Notes: generated from the sequence alone by a model not told the origin. A stretch of DNA of 64,000 bases from Candidatus Brocadiia bacterium (GCA_050015075.1 JBEKCB010000024.1:1-64000), one strand, 5' to 3'; positions 20,114-30,024 are shown, numbered from the stretch's first letter. Numbers and translations: made by a program.

Positions 20114-20982
20114 GCTCGAACCCTCTTCAGAACCTGCCGACACCATTGCAGACACAGTTTCTTGGTACGCGCAACGAATTCGCCACTTGGCACACAGTGG
20201 GCGATCCGACAGCGGTCGAAAAACAGTTTGGCGGACACGGCTCGATCTGCGAACATCTCTGGCGAAAGGCGATAAGGTATGAAGAAAGACTTGACGACCG
20301 GGCTTCTGTCGCCGCCAAGCCACAGTGTGCAGAAGTCATTCGGTTGGAGTTCATTAATTTTGCTGTTCCAACCGGCCCCCGATGCGCAGTGTCCGAAAAG
20401 GATAATCTTGCCAATCTGCTCATCCGGGAAGTGCTTCCAGGCAATAAGATCAAGGCCGCCATCCTGCCTGTGAAGCGTCTTGCCAGTAACCGGCGTCCAT
20501 TCCTTGACCTTGCCGCAAACAATGGTCAGGGCTTCACGGAACCCACTGGGTAATTCCTTCCGGGGGGAACCGAATCGGACCACTTCACCGCCTATGTAGT
20601 TCCGCGCGGCGAGGCAGGACAACTCTTCGAACATCCTCTCGTGATCGAGACCTTTGATGTTCTTTGTTTTTTCGCCACAATAGGAAAGAAGCAGGCAGAA
20701 GATATAGGGCGTGTAGTCCCCCCAGTCGTCTCGTGTTCTCAGCAGCGTTCCAGAGAAGGTGAAAGGATAGTTCCCTGGTGTGGCGGCGACGCGTCTGTGC
20801 AGTTCCGTCATGCATTCCGTACAGATGCCGTCGAAACCGTCAACGCCGAGTCTGTTCAGTTCACGTTGAAGGTCTCCGTGGCTGGCGTTTCCGTCGTCCG
20901 TTGTCAGAGCTAAGACCTCAAGCCAGTCCGCAAGGATGATGGGGTCGGTGACGTCAGAGGGTAGAGGGATGTTCGATGCCAT
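20110..20982 (-). CDS. Hypothetical protein with a PD-(D/E)xK/Mrr-like C-terminal motif
   Basis: FEEL...QDGGLDLIAW...ILFGHCASG; operonic coupling on both sides. Confidence 0.65.
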   Translation of the reverse strand: MASNIPLPSDVTDPIILADWLEVLALTTDDGNASHGDLQRELNRLGVDGFDGICTECMTELHRRVAATPGNYPFTFSGTLLRTRDDWGDYTPYIFCLLLSYCGEKTKNIKGLDHERMFEELSCLAARNYIGGEVVRFGSPRKELPSGFREALTIVCGKVKEWTPVTGKTLHRQDGGLDLIAWKHFPDEQIGKIILFGHCASGAGWNSKINELQPNDFCTLWLGGDRSPVVKSFFIPYRLSPEMFADRAVSAKLFFDRCRIAHCVPSGEFVARTKKLCLQWCRQVLKRVRA

Positions 20983-20985
20983 GAT

Positions 20986-22089
20986 TCACTCTTTTGCCTT
21001 CCGGCGCATTTCGTCGGCAATGCTACGAGCTAGGTCAAGGAGCCCGTCCATTACACGAAGCATGTCACCCTCACCTTTGTAGCCGGTTGTGACGGTGGCC
21101 TTTGCCTCCTGCAGGGCATCCTTCGCTCTGACTAGGGCCTCCTGAAAACGCCGGTCGTCACCAAGACTAATCTCATACGCTCGCTGCAAACTTATACCAG
21201 AACGAAGAGCATAGACGGCTTGTTTGTTTCCGAGAACGTGGCGGAGCCAATTCAGATGTGGGTTCTGTCGTTCCACCACGGGCGACTTTCCATCGGACTT
21301 ACTGCCGAATAGCCAGACCATGAGTTCCCGAAGCTGGGGCAGGTGAGACTTCGGGACTGGGTTATCCCTCAGGGGCTTTTCTGGGTCAATGCCCAGGAAT
21401 TCTTGGTACTCCTTTTGATCAGCCGCCGTATAGAGGTGAGAGAAAAAGAAACGATTTGCAATTCGGTCTTCCCGCTTGAAGTTGGTCATTTCCTCGGCCT
21501 GCTCCAGCAACACGAATCCACGGTAGATACGTGCAACTGTGCTATGCTGGTCGCCGATCCTTCGCGCTATCTCATCTAGGCTTATGCCATAGTTGCGGCG
21601 GACACTGGCTATGTAAGCAGCTTTGCTGAAGGAGTCCCATTCCTTAGGACCGTTGACATGCCGAAAGCCGAAATATTCCCATAGAGCCTTCTTGTTCGGG
21701 TAGACCGATACGGGCAGTTGAGCCAGTGCCCTGCGTTGCGCCTCGGTCAGCGTCGGCAGGTCTGTCGCTTTGACAAGGCGGCGGAGCGCCGCATCCCGCA
21801 GCAACCTGACGGCAGCCAGCCGGCGGTTGCCTTCAACAACGACGAATTTTCCCTTCTGATCCGGTCTGCCCGTGTCACCGGGTACGATGAAGAGGGGCTC
21901 CTCTTCGAAGTACCCGTTGGCCGCGATTGAGAGCGCCACCTCACTGACAGCCATTTCATCCCAAAGGACCTGAACAAGTTCGTCTTGCGTCTTGGTCTCG
22001 CCCATGGCGACAAGTCTCGGGTTTCCGTCATCCAGTAGAAGCGCGTCAACATCCTTGACCTCGATTCCCAGCGGCTTCAATCGTGCCAT
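20986..22089 (-). CDS. ParB/Sulfiredoxin N-terminal domain protein
   Basis: LLLDDGNPRL, SIAANGY and VVVEGNRRLAAV; GAGGAG RBS. Confidence 0.85.
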   Translation of the reverse strand: MARLKPLGIEVKDVDALLLDDGNPRLVAMGETKTQDELVQVLWDEMAVSEVALSIAANGYFEEEPLFIVPGDTGRPDQKGKFVVVEGNRRLAAVRLLRDAALRRLVKATDLPTLTEAQRRALAQLPVSVYPNKKALWEYFGFRHVNGPKEWDSFSKAAYIASVRRNYGISLDEIARRIGDQHSTVARIYRGFVLLEQAEEMTNFKREDRIANRFFFSHLYTAADQKEYQEFLGIDPEKPLRDNPVPKSHLPQLRELMVWLFGSKSDGKSPVVERQNPHLNWLRHVLGNKQAVYALRSGISLQRAYEISLGDDRRFQEALVRAKDALQEAKATVTTGYKGEGDMLRVMDGLLDLARSIADEMRRKAKE

Positions 22090-22306
22090 AAAAACTCCTC
22101 TCTGCGTATATTCCACGGTGAATTCTACGGAACAACGGGGTCGAATGCAACATCTCGCCGAGTTCCCCTGGAACGCACCCGGCGTCATTTTGCACTCCGC
22201 ACTCGTCGGGTTCCTCCTCCGCTTCCCGCATTCGGCGCTCCTGCCTTCATTGAAGCTGCGGCGAACGGGTCGGTAATTACGGATTCGGAATTTTTGAAAA
22301 ATTCTC

Positions 22307-22352
22307 TTGACACGCAGCGTTTACTGTGGTAGATTTACCACGGTGTGTGTAA
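22307..22352 (+). promoter_or_regulatory. Promoter and palindromic operator of the second BlaI-family operon
   Basis: TTGACA-N17-TAGATT; inverted repeat ctgtggta-gatt-taccacgg over the -10 element. Confidence 0.6.
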
Positions 22353-22376
22353 CGGGTCTTTGATGGGAGGCCGCTC

Positions 22377-22748
22377 ATGGCAAGCGTTCGACTCGGACGT
22401 GTGCAGCATCAAATCATGAAGGTGCTCTGGAAGCGAAAGCGGGCCACCGCGCGGGAGATCACCGAGGCGCTCGCGGGGCAGGGCGCGCCGGTCCACTCCA
22501 CCGTCCAGACCCTGCTGCGGAAACTCGAGGCGAAGGGCGCGGTCGGCCACCAGGTCAATGACCGCACGTTCATCTTCTTCCCGCTGGTGACGGAGACGGA
22601 TGCAGCGCGCTTCGCGCTGCGCGACGTGATCGGGCGCGTGTTCAACGGCTCGCCTTCCGGCATGGTCGCTTACCTGGTGAAGCACGAGAAGCTCACGCGC
22701 AAGGAACTCGATGAGATTAAGAAGGTGATCGAGGAGGCCAAGCCATGA
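22377..22748 (+). CDS. BlaI/MecI/CopY family repressor
   Basis: QHQIMKVLW, HSTVQTLLRKLEAKG. Confidence 0.93.
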   Translation: MASVRLGRVQHQIMKVLWKRKRATAREITEALAGQGAPVHSTVQTLLRKLEAKGAVGHQVNDRTFIFFPLVTETDAARFALRDVIGRVFNGSPSGMVAYLVKHEKLTRKELDEIKKVIEEAKP

Positions 22749-25417
22749 ACCTGGATCCGACAGGGGCAAGCGGATTCCTCTGCGCGCAAGGGGCGCGATT
22801 TCTTCTTCACTCCAGCATCCTTATCGCGGCGGCGCTGCTGCTGGCAAGGCTGTTCGGCAGGAGCGGCCTGGCGCGGAGCGCCATCTATCGCGCCGCGCTG
22901 CTCGCGGTGATCCTCGCGCCGGTCGTATCGTTATCCATAGAGCGGGCCGGGCTGTCCTGCGCCGTCCGGTTGCCGGCGGCGCCGCTGGCGGCCGTTATGC
23001 CGCCGCCGTCGGAGCCCGCGCCGATGGATGCCTCGTCTGACGCGGCTCGCGTCGGAGCGGTCCCTGGCGCGCCGGCGCGCCTGCCCGTCGCGCCGCCGAT
23101 GAAGGCAGCGAGCGCGATGCCGAAACCGGCGACGATCATCGCCGCGCTCTGGGCGGCGGGCGCCGGGCTGCTCGCGGCGTGGTTGCTGATTTCGCACGTC
23201 GCGCTCTGGAGAACGCGCCGCCGGAGCGTGCCGGTCAAAGATTCCTCCACTCTCGCCAGGCTGAGGAGTTTCTGCGAACGGCTGCGAGTGCGCGCGCCGG
23301 GGCTGCGGACCAGCCCCGACATCGGCGGGCCGATCCTCACCGGCGCACTGCGGCCGGTCGTCATCATTCCTCAAGCCCAGGAAGACGATTTGCTCCACGG
23401 CGCGCTGGATCGAGTGCTCATGCACGAACTGGCGCACCAGGCGCGGCGGGATTGTCTGTGGAACTTCCTCGCGCGGGCCGTCCGCGCGGCGGGTTTCTTC
23501 CAGCCGCTGCTGTGGGTGCTGGCCCGGCGGCTGGAGGATGCCGGCGAAGACGCGGCCGACGACCGGGTGCTGGCGCTGGGCGCCGACGCGAAGGCTTATG
23601 CGAGCGACCTGGCCGCAGCGGCAGAGAGGCTTTTGCTCCGGCGGCCGGAATCCGCCGCCGGGCTCGGCGTCATCCGATTCCGCTCGTCCCTGGGCCGCCG
23701 CGTGACGCACGTCCTGGACACGTCGAGACATTGGGTTTCGTCTCTTTCCTGGAAAGCGATTGCCATGATCTGCACATTGACCGCGCTCGCCACTGTCCTG
23801 ACCGCAGCACTCAGTTTTGCCGGGCCCGCGACTGACGCGGCCGCGCCGGCCGTAGGACCCGGGGCCGGAACGTCCTTGATTCTGTACTTCGCGACGGATG
23901 ATGACGTGGCCGCTTTGAAGGACAGGCAAGACGTGCAGGAACTCGATTTTTATTGGAACCGTTTGTCGGTCCCCGGGATAACATATCTGACGAAAATGAA
24001 AGGTCTGCAGAAGCTCCACTTTGTAGGCAACGATTTGAGGGAAGCCGAGTTGAAGCAGTTGAGCAAAATGCAAGGCTTACGGGAACTCGGATTGGGGTGC
24101 AGATGGTTGACGGACACCGGGTTGGAGTACGTGAGCAAAATGCAAGGCTTGCGGGAACTCGATCTAGATGACAAGAGCGTGACGGACGCCGTTTTGGCCG
24201 TCCTGAAAGAGATGAAGGGCCTGCACGTCCTCGGTCTTAAGTTCGCCAATGTGACGGACGCCGGGTTGGTGTACCTCAAGCAGATGCCAGCCTTGCAGAA
24301 GCTCGATCTGACCGGCACGCCGATCACGGACGCCGGGCTGGAACATCTGAAAGAGATGCAAAGCTTGGAAGCGCTCGATCTCGGTGGCACGAAAGTTACG
24401 GATGCGGGGTTGGCGGAACTTGTGCAGTTGAAAAACCTGAAAACGCTCAAACTCACGGTCAGGACAATTGGTGACGCGGGCATGGCGACCTTGAGGCAGA
24501 TCAGGTCCCTGCGGAACCTCGATCTGTTTGCCACTCAGGTGACGGATTCGGGGTTGGAGCAACTGAAGGAGATGAAAGACTTGCGGTCACTTAATCTCAT
24601 GGGCACGAAGGTGACGGACGCCGGCTTGCAGTATCTGATGCAGATGAAAGGTCTGCAGACGCTGTCGCTTACTCAAACAAAGGTGACTGACGCTGGGTTG
24701 GCGTATCTCAAGGAGTTGACGAGCCTGCAACAGCTCGATCTCACCGGGTTGAAGGTCACGGACATCGGCTTGGCGAACCTCAAGGATATGAAAGACATGC
24801 GGGACCTTAAGCTGGGTTCGACCCAGGTGACGGACGCCGGGTTGGTGAACCTGAAGGAGATGAAAGAGATGCGTGATCTCGACCTGGATGGTCTTACCCA
24901 GGTGACGGGCGCCGGGCTGGCGAACCTGGAGGAGATGACACTCCTGCAGTCCCTCCAACTTGATAACACTCATGTGGCAGACGCCGGGTTGGAGCACCTG
25001 AAGCATATGAAGAAGCTGCAATCGCTCTCGCTCAGTGGCACAAAGGTGACGGACGCCGGCTTGGTGAACTTGAAGGAAATGGACAGCCTGTGGCAGCTCG
25101 AATTGGCGGACACCCAGGTGACGGGCGCTGGGTTGGCGGACCTGAAGGAGATGAAGAGTTTGCAATCGCTCAATCTCGTCGGCACCCAGGTGACGGATGT
25201 CGGGTTGGCGAGCTTGAAGGATATCAAAGGCCTGAAGTGGCTCATGCTGTCGGGCACGAAGGTGACGGACGGCGCGTTAGCTTATCTGAAGGATATGAAA
25301 GGCCTGGAGTATATCGGTTTGGCTAACACCCAGGTAACCGCCGCCGGCTTGCTGGACCTGAGCCAAGCGCTGCCCAATACGCAAATAGATATAGGCATAC
25401 ATCAGAGAGAACCGTAG
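22745..25417 (+). CDS. Peptidase M56 (BlaR1-like) fused to about 20 leucine-rich repeats
   Basis: HELAH and FFQPLLW; 24-aa repeats LxxLxLxxTxVTDAGL; ATGA overlap with the repressor. Confidence 0.92.
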   Translation: MNLDPTGASGFLCAQGARFLLHSSILIAAALLLARLFGRSGLARSAIYRAALLAVILAPVVSLSIERAGLSCAVRLPAAPLAAVMPPPSEPAPMDASSDAARVGAVPGAPARLPVAPPMKAASAMPKPATIIAALWAAGAGLLAAWLLISHVALWRTRRRSVPVKDSSTLARLRSFCERLRVRAPGLRTSPDIGGPILTGALRPVVIIPQAQEDDLLHGALDRVLMHELAHQARRDCLWNFLARAVRAAGFFQPLLWVLARRLEDAGEDAADDRVLALGADAKAYASDLAAAAERLLLRRPESAAGLGVIRFRSSLGRRVTHVLDTSRHWVSSLSWKAIAMICTLTALATVLTAALSFAGPATDAAAPAVGPGAGTSLILYFATDDDVAALKDRQDVQELDFYWNRLSVPGITYLTKMKGLQKLHFVGNDLREAELKQLSKMQGLRELGLGCRWLTDTGLEYVSKMQGLRELDLDDKSVTDAVLAVLKEMKGLHVLGLKFANVTDAGLVYLKQMPALQKLDLTGTPITDAGLEHLKEMQSLEALDLGGTKVTDAGLAELVQLKNLKTLKLTVRTIGDAGMATLRQIRSLRNLDLFATQVTDSGLEQLKEMKDLRSLNLMGTKVTDAGLQYLMQMKGLQTLSLTQTKVTDAGLAYLKELTSLQQLDLTGLKVTDIGLANLKDMKDMRDLKLGSTQVTDAGLVNLKEMKEMRDLDLDGLTQVTGAGLANLEEMTLLQSLQLDNTHVADAGLEHLKHMKKLQSLSLSGTKVTDAGLVNLKEMDSLWQLELADTQVTGAGLADLKEMKSLQSLNLVGTQVTDVGLASLKDIKGLKWLMLSGTKVTDGALAYLKDMKGLEYIGLANTQVTAAGLLDLSQALPNTQIDIGIHQREP

Positions 25418-25587
25418 CCCGGCGTTGGCAAGGAAGGACAACGCGTAAACGTCCTCGCGCCCGACGAAACCACGCGCAAGGACGGGAACATGGTTTGACC
25501 GGTCAACAGCTTGTTCACCGGGCGCGCTGATGGGGGCATCGGCACGCCCGGTGCGGGTGGCCGCTGCCTTCAGCTTCTCATCCCACA

Positions 25588-25623
25588 CTCCCGCCTTCGC
25601 TAAAGCTACGGCGGGCAAGCCGC
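25588..25623. repeat. REP-like element CCCGCCTTCGCTAAAGCTACGGCGGGCAAGCC
   Basis: Palindromic; an interrupted reverse copy lies at 35029-35124. Confidence 0.7.
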
Positions 25624-25741
25624 GCTCATCGGTTCATCTTCCGCTTTCCGCATTCGCCAATCGGCATTCGGCAATTACGTCGGTTGCCTTCAGCCGCCCG
25701 ACAGGCCATAATACTCGGGGCGCAATTCTTAAGGAGCCTTG

Positions 25742-27937
25742 ATGAGCGAGCAACCTTCGTCCGCCGGGTTCGCGGAAGAGTTCCTGGCGCTGGCCCGCGA
25801 GCGCGAGTTCGATAAGCTGGAAGCGGCCTGGATGCAGCGCCTGGAGCGGCTCGGCGCCGGCGATGCGCCGGAGCTTTTCGCCGTGGCCGAGTACCTGGTC
25901 CGCAAGAAACACTCCGACCAGGCGGCGCTGCTGCTCTGGTCGCTGGTGGCCGCGGTCGCCGAGAAGGGCGACCTGCGCGAGGCGCTTCACGTGGCGGGCC
26001 GCGCGGCGGCGATCGCGCCCGATGCGCCGGCGCTCCGCGAGGAATTGATCTCGCTCTACAAGCGGTCCGCGCCCGACGTGCCGGAGTTCGACGCGATCAT
26101 CGAGGCCGCGGGCCTGCGGACCGGGAATGTCGCCGAGGCGGTCCACTGCGTCGAGGAATGCCTGAAACTCCGGCCGGGGACGTTCGTGATCCACGTCCGG
26201 TCGCGGCGCATCGGCCGCGTGATCGAGTTTCAGCGCGACGGGTTCGCGGTCGAGTCGGAAAAGACCGTCCAGGTCCTGCCGCCGGCGCAGGTGCTTTCGC
26301 AGTGGGAGCAGGTGGACGCGGCGGATTTCCGCGCGATGGCGGCGTTCGATCCGGAGGGGCTGCGCCGGTTGGCGGCCGAGGACCCGGCGCGGCTGGTGGA
26401 GCGGGCGCTGCGGGTGTGCGGCGGGCGGGCGGACTTCAAGCAGCTCAAGGCGATGCTGATCCCGGGCGTGATCCCGGCCGAAGGCTGGAGCGCGTGGTGG
26501 AACTCGGTGCGGGTGGGCCTCAAGCGCAACCCGCTGATCGAGGTCTCCGAGGGGACTCAGCCGCAGTTCGCGCTGCGGGCGGCGGAGGTCGGCTACGCGG
26601 ACCGGCTGCGGGCCGCGTTCGCGCAGGCGGACCTGTTCGCGCGGGTGAAGATGGTCCTGGCTTACCTGGCCGAGGTCGAGGCTGGCCACGAGGGCGATCC
26701 GGCGCTGGCGGCGGAATGGGGCGGCGAGCTGCTGCGCGCGGGGCGCGAGGCGGCGGACGCCACCTCGGCGCTGGCGGCGCTCGCGGCGGCGGAGGAGGTT
26801 CGCGCGCGCTACGGCCAGGCGCCCGACCCCCGGCCCGACCTGGCGCGCATTGCCGCCGGCGTGGAGCCGGTGGCGCTGATCCAGAACGCGCCTTCGGAGG
26901 AGATCGCGCGCGCTGTGCTGGAATCGCTCAAGGACGCCTGCCCGGACCGCTTTCCCGATCTCATCGCGGCCGCGTTTCCGGCCGCCTCGCTGCGCCTGTG
27001 CGACTGGATCAACCGCGAGCTGACGCGCGCCGGGCGACTTGAGTTGCTCGCGGCGGCCTGCGAGAAGACGGCGGCGACGCCGGATCAGTATCCGGAGGCG
27101 TTCGGCTGGGTCTGGCGATGGCTCCTGTCGTCGGAGGAATCCGCGCCGGGGCGGCTGGACCGCGTTTCCGCCACCGTGTCGCTGCTGGAGCTGATGAACC
27201 GCCTGCCGCGCGTGCCGCGGCAGGAAGGCAAGCGGGCCGAGTCGCGCGAGATCCTCGGCAAGCTGCGCAGCCTGATCCAGGGCGGCGATTGCCGGCTGGC
27301 GCGGGCGGTGATCGGCGGGACCGATACTGCGGCCGCGCGCCGGCTGCACGAGGTGATCGTCTCGAATGAAGGCCTCCCGGGCGAGACGCGGCTGGACCTG
27401 CTCAACGCGCTGCGCGAGCGGCATCCGGAGGAGTTCGCGGAGAAGAGGAATCTCTGGGAAGACGGCTGGGTTTATTCCAGCGCCGCGGGGCTCGCGCGAC
27501 GCGAGGCGGAGATGGAGAAGCTGGTCAACGTGGAGCTGCTGCGGAACTCGCAGGAAATCGGCAAGGCCGCCTCGCGCGGCGACCTGAGCGAGAACTCGGA
27601 GTTCACCGCAGCCCTCGAAGAGCGCGACCGGCTGACCGAGCGCGCCAACAGCATGCGCGACGAACTCCGGCACGCGCGCACGCTGGACCCGGCCGCGGTC
27701 TCCGGCCTGGAGGTCAACGTCGGCACCACCGTGCACCTGCGCAACGTGACCACCGGGCGGGAGCGCAGCGCGACGTTCCTCGGCCCGTGGGACGCCGACC
27801 TGCCGCGGCACATCTATTCCTATCTCGCCCCGCTGAGCGGCCGGTTCATGGGCAAGAAGAAAGGCGAACACGTCCGCGCCTCGTTCGACGAGGGCGAGGC
27901 GGAGTACGAAATCGTGTCGATCGAGAAAGCCGTATGA
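25742..27937 (+). CDS. greA: Long GreA/GreB family elongation factor with a large N-terminal extension
   Basis: C-terminal GDLSENSEF and SYLAPLS; about 570-aa helical N-terminus; AAGGAG RBS. Confidence 0.85.
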   Translation: MSEQPSSAGFAEEFLALAREREFDKLEAAWMQRLERLGAGDAPELFAVAEYLVRKKHSDQAALLLWSLVAAVAEKGDLREALHVAGRAAAIAPDAPALREELISLYKRSAPDVPEFDAIIEAAGLRTGNVAEAVHCVEECLKLRPGTFVIHVRSRRIGRVIEFQRDGFAVESEKTVQVLPPAQVLSQWEQVDAADFRAMAAFDPEGLRRLAAEDPARLVERALRVCGGRADFKQLKAMLIPGVIPAEGWSAWWNSVRVGLKRNPLIEVSEGTQPQFALRAAEVGYADRLRAAFAQADLFARVKMVLAYLAEVEAGHEGDPALAAEWGGELLRAGREAADATSALAALAAAEEVRARYGQAPDPRPDLARIAAGVEPVALIQNAPSEEIARAVLESLKDACPDRFPDLIAAAFPAASLRLCDWINRELTRAGRLELLAAACEKTAATPDQYPEAFGWVWRWLLSSEESAPGRLDRVSATVSLLELMNRLPRVPRQEGKRAESREILGKLRSLIQGGDCRLARAVIGGTDTAAARRLHEVIVSNEGLPGETRLDLLNALRERHPEEFAEKRNLWEDGWVYSSAAGLARREAEMEKLVNVELLRNSQEIGKAASRGDLSENSEFTAALEERDRLTERANSMRDELRHARTLDPAAVSGLEVNVGTTVHLRNVTTGRERSATFLGPWDADLPRHIYSYLAPLSGRFMGKKKGEHVRASFDEGEAEYEIVSIEKAV

Positions 27938-27943
27938 GCAGCA

Positions 27944-27972
27944 TTGACACCGGCGGCGCGGCGGCATAGAAT
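27944..27972 (+). promoter_or_regulatory. Sigma70 promoter
   Basis: TTGACA-N17-TAGAAT. Confidence 0.65.
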
Positions 27973-28010
27973 AAATGTACTGCATTTCTTGGACGTTCTG
28001 AGGGTCCCCC

Positions 28011-28778
28011 ATGCAAGTCACGTGCAGTTGCGGCAAAGTACTTAACGTGCCCGATAAGCTCGCCGGCAAGAGCGCCCGCTGTCCCGCCTGCAAGAAGATT
28101 TTCCAGATGCCCGGCGCAGCGCCGGCGGGCCCGTTGCCTTCGAGGATAACGGTGACGTGCTCGTGCGGGAAAAAACTGGCCGCGCCGGCCACCGCGGCCG
28201 GCAAGAAGGTGCTCTGTCCGAAGTGCAACCAGGAAATCACCGTGCCCGCCCCGGCGAGGAAGCCGTCGTCGCCGGTGATCAAGCCCATGCCGCCCCCGGC
28301 GTCGTACGCGTCGGCGCCGGCCGCGCCGCAGAAACCCGCCGCGGCTCCGAAGGAAGACCTGTCCTTCGCTATCGAGGCGCCGCCTCCGGACCCGGTCATG
28401 CAGGAGCCGGTGGTCGCGGATGCGCCGAGCGGCCATGCGGAGAGGGCGGAATACGGCCTCGGCAATCCCAAGTGCCCAAGCTGCAAGGCGGACATGCCGC
28501 ACGGCGCGCAGTTCTGCGTCGAGTGCGGCACGGCCCTCGCGACCGGCACGAAAGTCAAGAGCGCGGCGCCGGCATCAAAGACGAAAAAGAAATTTGAGAT
28601 GGACGACGAGACCCGGAAAAAGCTCATCTACGGCGCCATTGCGCTGGTCGTGATCGGCCTGTTGATCTGGTGGGTCAACAAGCCGCACGGACTGACCGAG
28701 GAGGAGATGCGGGCGGCGGCCCGCTCTTCGGATCGGGCGCCGGCGGGAAAGCCCAAAGCGAACCCGATTTCGGAATGA
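28011..28778 (+). CDS. Multi zinc-ribbon membrane protein
   Basis: Two CSCGK...CPxC units, CPSC/CVEC, one C-terminal TM. Confidence 0.8.
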   Translation: MQVTCSCGKVLNVPDKLAGKSARCPACKKIFQMPGAAPAGPLPSRITVTCSCGKKLAAPATAAGKKVLCPKCNQEITVPAPARKPSSPVIKPMPPPASYASAPAAPQKPAAAPKEDLSFAIEAPPPDPVMQEPVVADAPSGHAERAEYGLGNPKCPSCKADMPHGAQFCVECGTALATGTKVKSAAPASKTKKKFEMDDETRKKLIYGAIALVVIGLLIWWVNKPHGLTEEEMRAAARSSDRAPAGKPKANPISE

Positions 28779-28812
28779 GCGCCGTCGCCGGCCGTCGTTC
28801 CGAGTCCGCAGA

Positions 28813-29805
28813 TTACTCGTGCAATTCGACCACGTCCTTGTCCTGCAGGAGGTGGTCGCGCTTCACGTAGATGCCCTCGTACTTCCCGCTGCCCCAGATG
28901 CGCGCCGACTTGAGGGTCTGCTCGAACTCCCGGTGCACGCTGATCGCGAGCTGGAGGACGGTGCTCCCGGCCGGCAGCGTGTAGGGCGCGGCGAGGTCGG
29001 CCTTCTTGCCCGGCTCCTTGGTGTAGACGCGGATCAGCCGCAGGAAATCGAAGAGCCGCGCCGGCAGCGCCTGGAGCCCTTCGCCCATCGCGCCGGAGAC
29101 CGGCCAGATCTCGAACCGGCCCGAGTAGAACTCGCGCAGCACCTCGAGCCGGTCCGTCGCGCCGGGCAGGTCCATCTTGTTGGCGACGATGGCGGTGCGC
29201 CGGAACGTGCGGAGGTCTTCGTCAGCACCAGCGGGCGCCTCGCCGACGATGCAGACTTTCACCGCCTCCAGCCGGCGGATGACGACCTCCAGCGCGTCGA
29301 GCAGCCCCTCGTCGCCGAGGTCCGCGACGAGCAGCGCGGCATCGGCCCGGCGGACGAGGTCGGGCAGCCAGACCTCGAAATAATCCTCCGTCACGGCGGG
29401 CGTGTCCACCAGTTGGATCTGGACGTCCTCGAAGCGCGCCATGCCCGGCTGCGGGACCTGCGTGGTGAAAGGGTATTCGGCCACCACGACGGTGGCGTTC
29501 GTGAGCGACTTGAGCAACTGCGACTTGCCGGCGTTCGGCGGGCCGAGCAGGATCACCTGGCCGGCGCCGCCTTTCTCGATCTTGTAGACCGGCGCGGCGC
29601 GCTTGCCGGCGGCGTGGCCTTCCACCTGCTCCCGGCGCAGTTGCGCCAGCCGGTGCTTCAGGTCCGCCTGCATGTGGTCGGTGCCCTTGTGCTTCGGGAT
29701 CAGGGCGAGCATGTTCTCCATGCAGGCGATCTTTTCCTCGATCGTCCTGGCGGCCTTGAACTCCTTCTCGGCCTTGATGTATTGCGGCGTGAGATTTGCG
29801 GGCAT
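28813..29805 (-). CDS. DRG/OBG-family GTPase with TGS domain
   Basis: MPANLTPQY, PKHKGT, GPPNAGKS, YPFTT, DTP, NKMD and RVYTK motifs. Confidence 0.9.
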   Translation of the reverse strand: MPANLTPQYIKAEKEFKAARTIEEKIACMENMLALIPKHKGTDHMQADLKHRLAQLRREQVEGHAAGKRAAPVYKIEKGGAGQVILLGPPNAGKSQLLKSLTNATVVVAEYPFTTQVPQPGMARFEDVQIQLVDTPAVTEDYFEVWLPDLVRRADAALLVADLGDEGLLDALEVVIRRLEAVKVCIVGEAPAGADEDLRTFRRTAIVANKMDLPGATDRLEVLREFYSGRFEIWPVSGAMGEGLQALPARLFDFLRLIRVYTKEPGKKADLAAPYTLPAGSTVLQLAISVHREFEQTLKSARIWGSGKYEGIYVKRDHLLQDKDVVELHE

Positions 29806-29908
29806 GGCCTCGGGTCCCGGGTCGAGCGCGGTTTCGCCGGTTATTCTACAAGAAACCGCGCGCCATGCAAGCCGGATGAAAGCGCGAAGGCAGGGGAAAC
29901 TTTTCGAT

Positions 29909-29937
29909 TTGCAATCTTCAGCCGGAAATGTTACGAT
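29909..29937 (+). promoter_or_regulatory. Sigma70 promoter of rpsO-pnp
   Basis: TTGCAA-N17-TACGAT. Confidence 0.55.
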
Positions 29938-30024
29938 TTTTCCTAATGTGAACTAATGGAAAGAGGAGGCCGGCGACTGCAAGGTTAAGCCATAGAGCGC
30001 AGGGAAAGGTTCGGGGTCCGCGGG

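Noticed and set aside
20986-22089. Chromosomal partitioning ParB acting on the parS at 9895
   Set aside because: No parA neighbour, no recognisable ParB HTH, and GNRR/DNPR-type motifs in an MTase operon
23930-25370. 72-bp nucleotide periodicity as a separate DNA repeat or diversity-generating element
   Set aside because: Fully explained by the LRR coding repeats; no reverse transcriptase nearby
25634-28627. 997-aa minus-strand ORF
   Set aside because: Antisense shadow of greA and the zinc-ribbon gene
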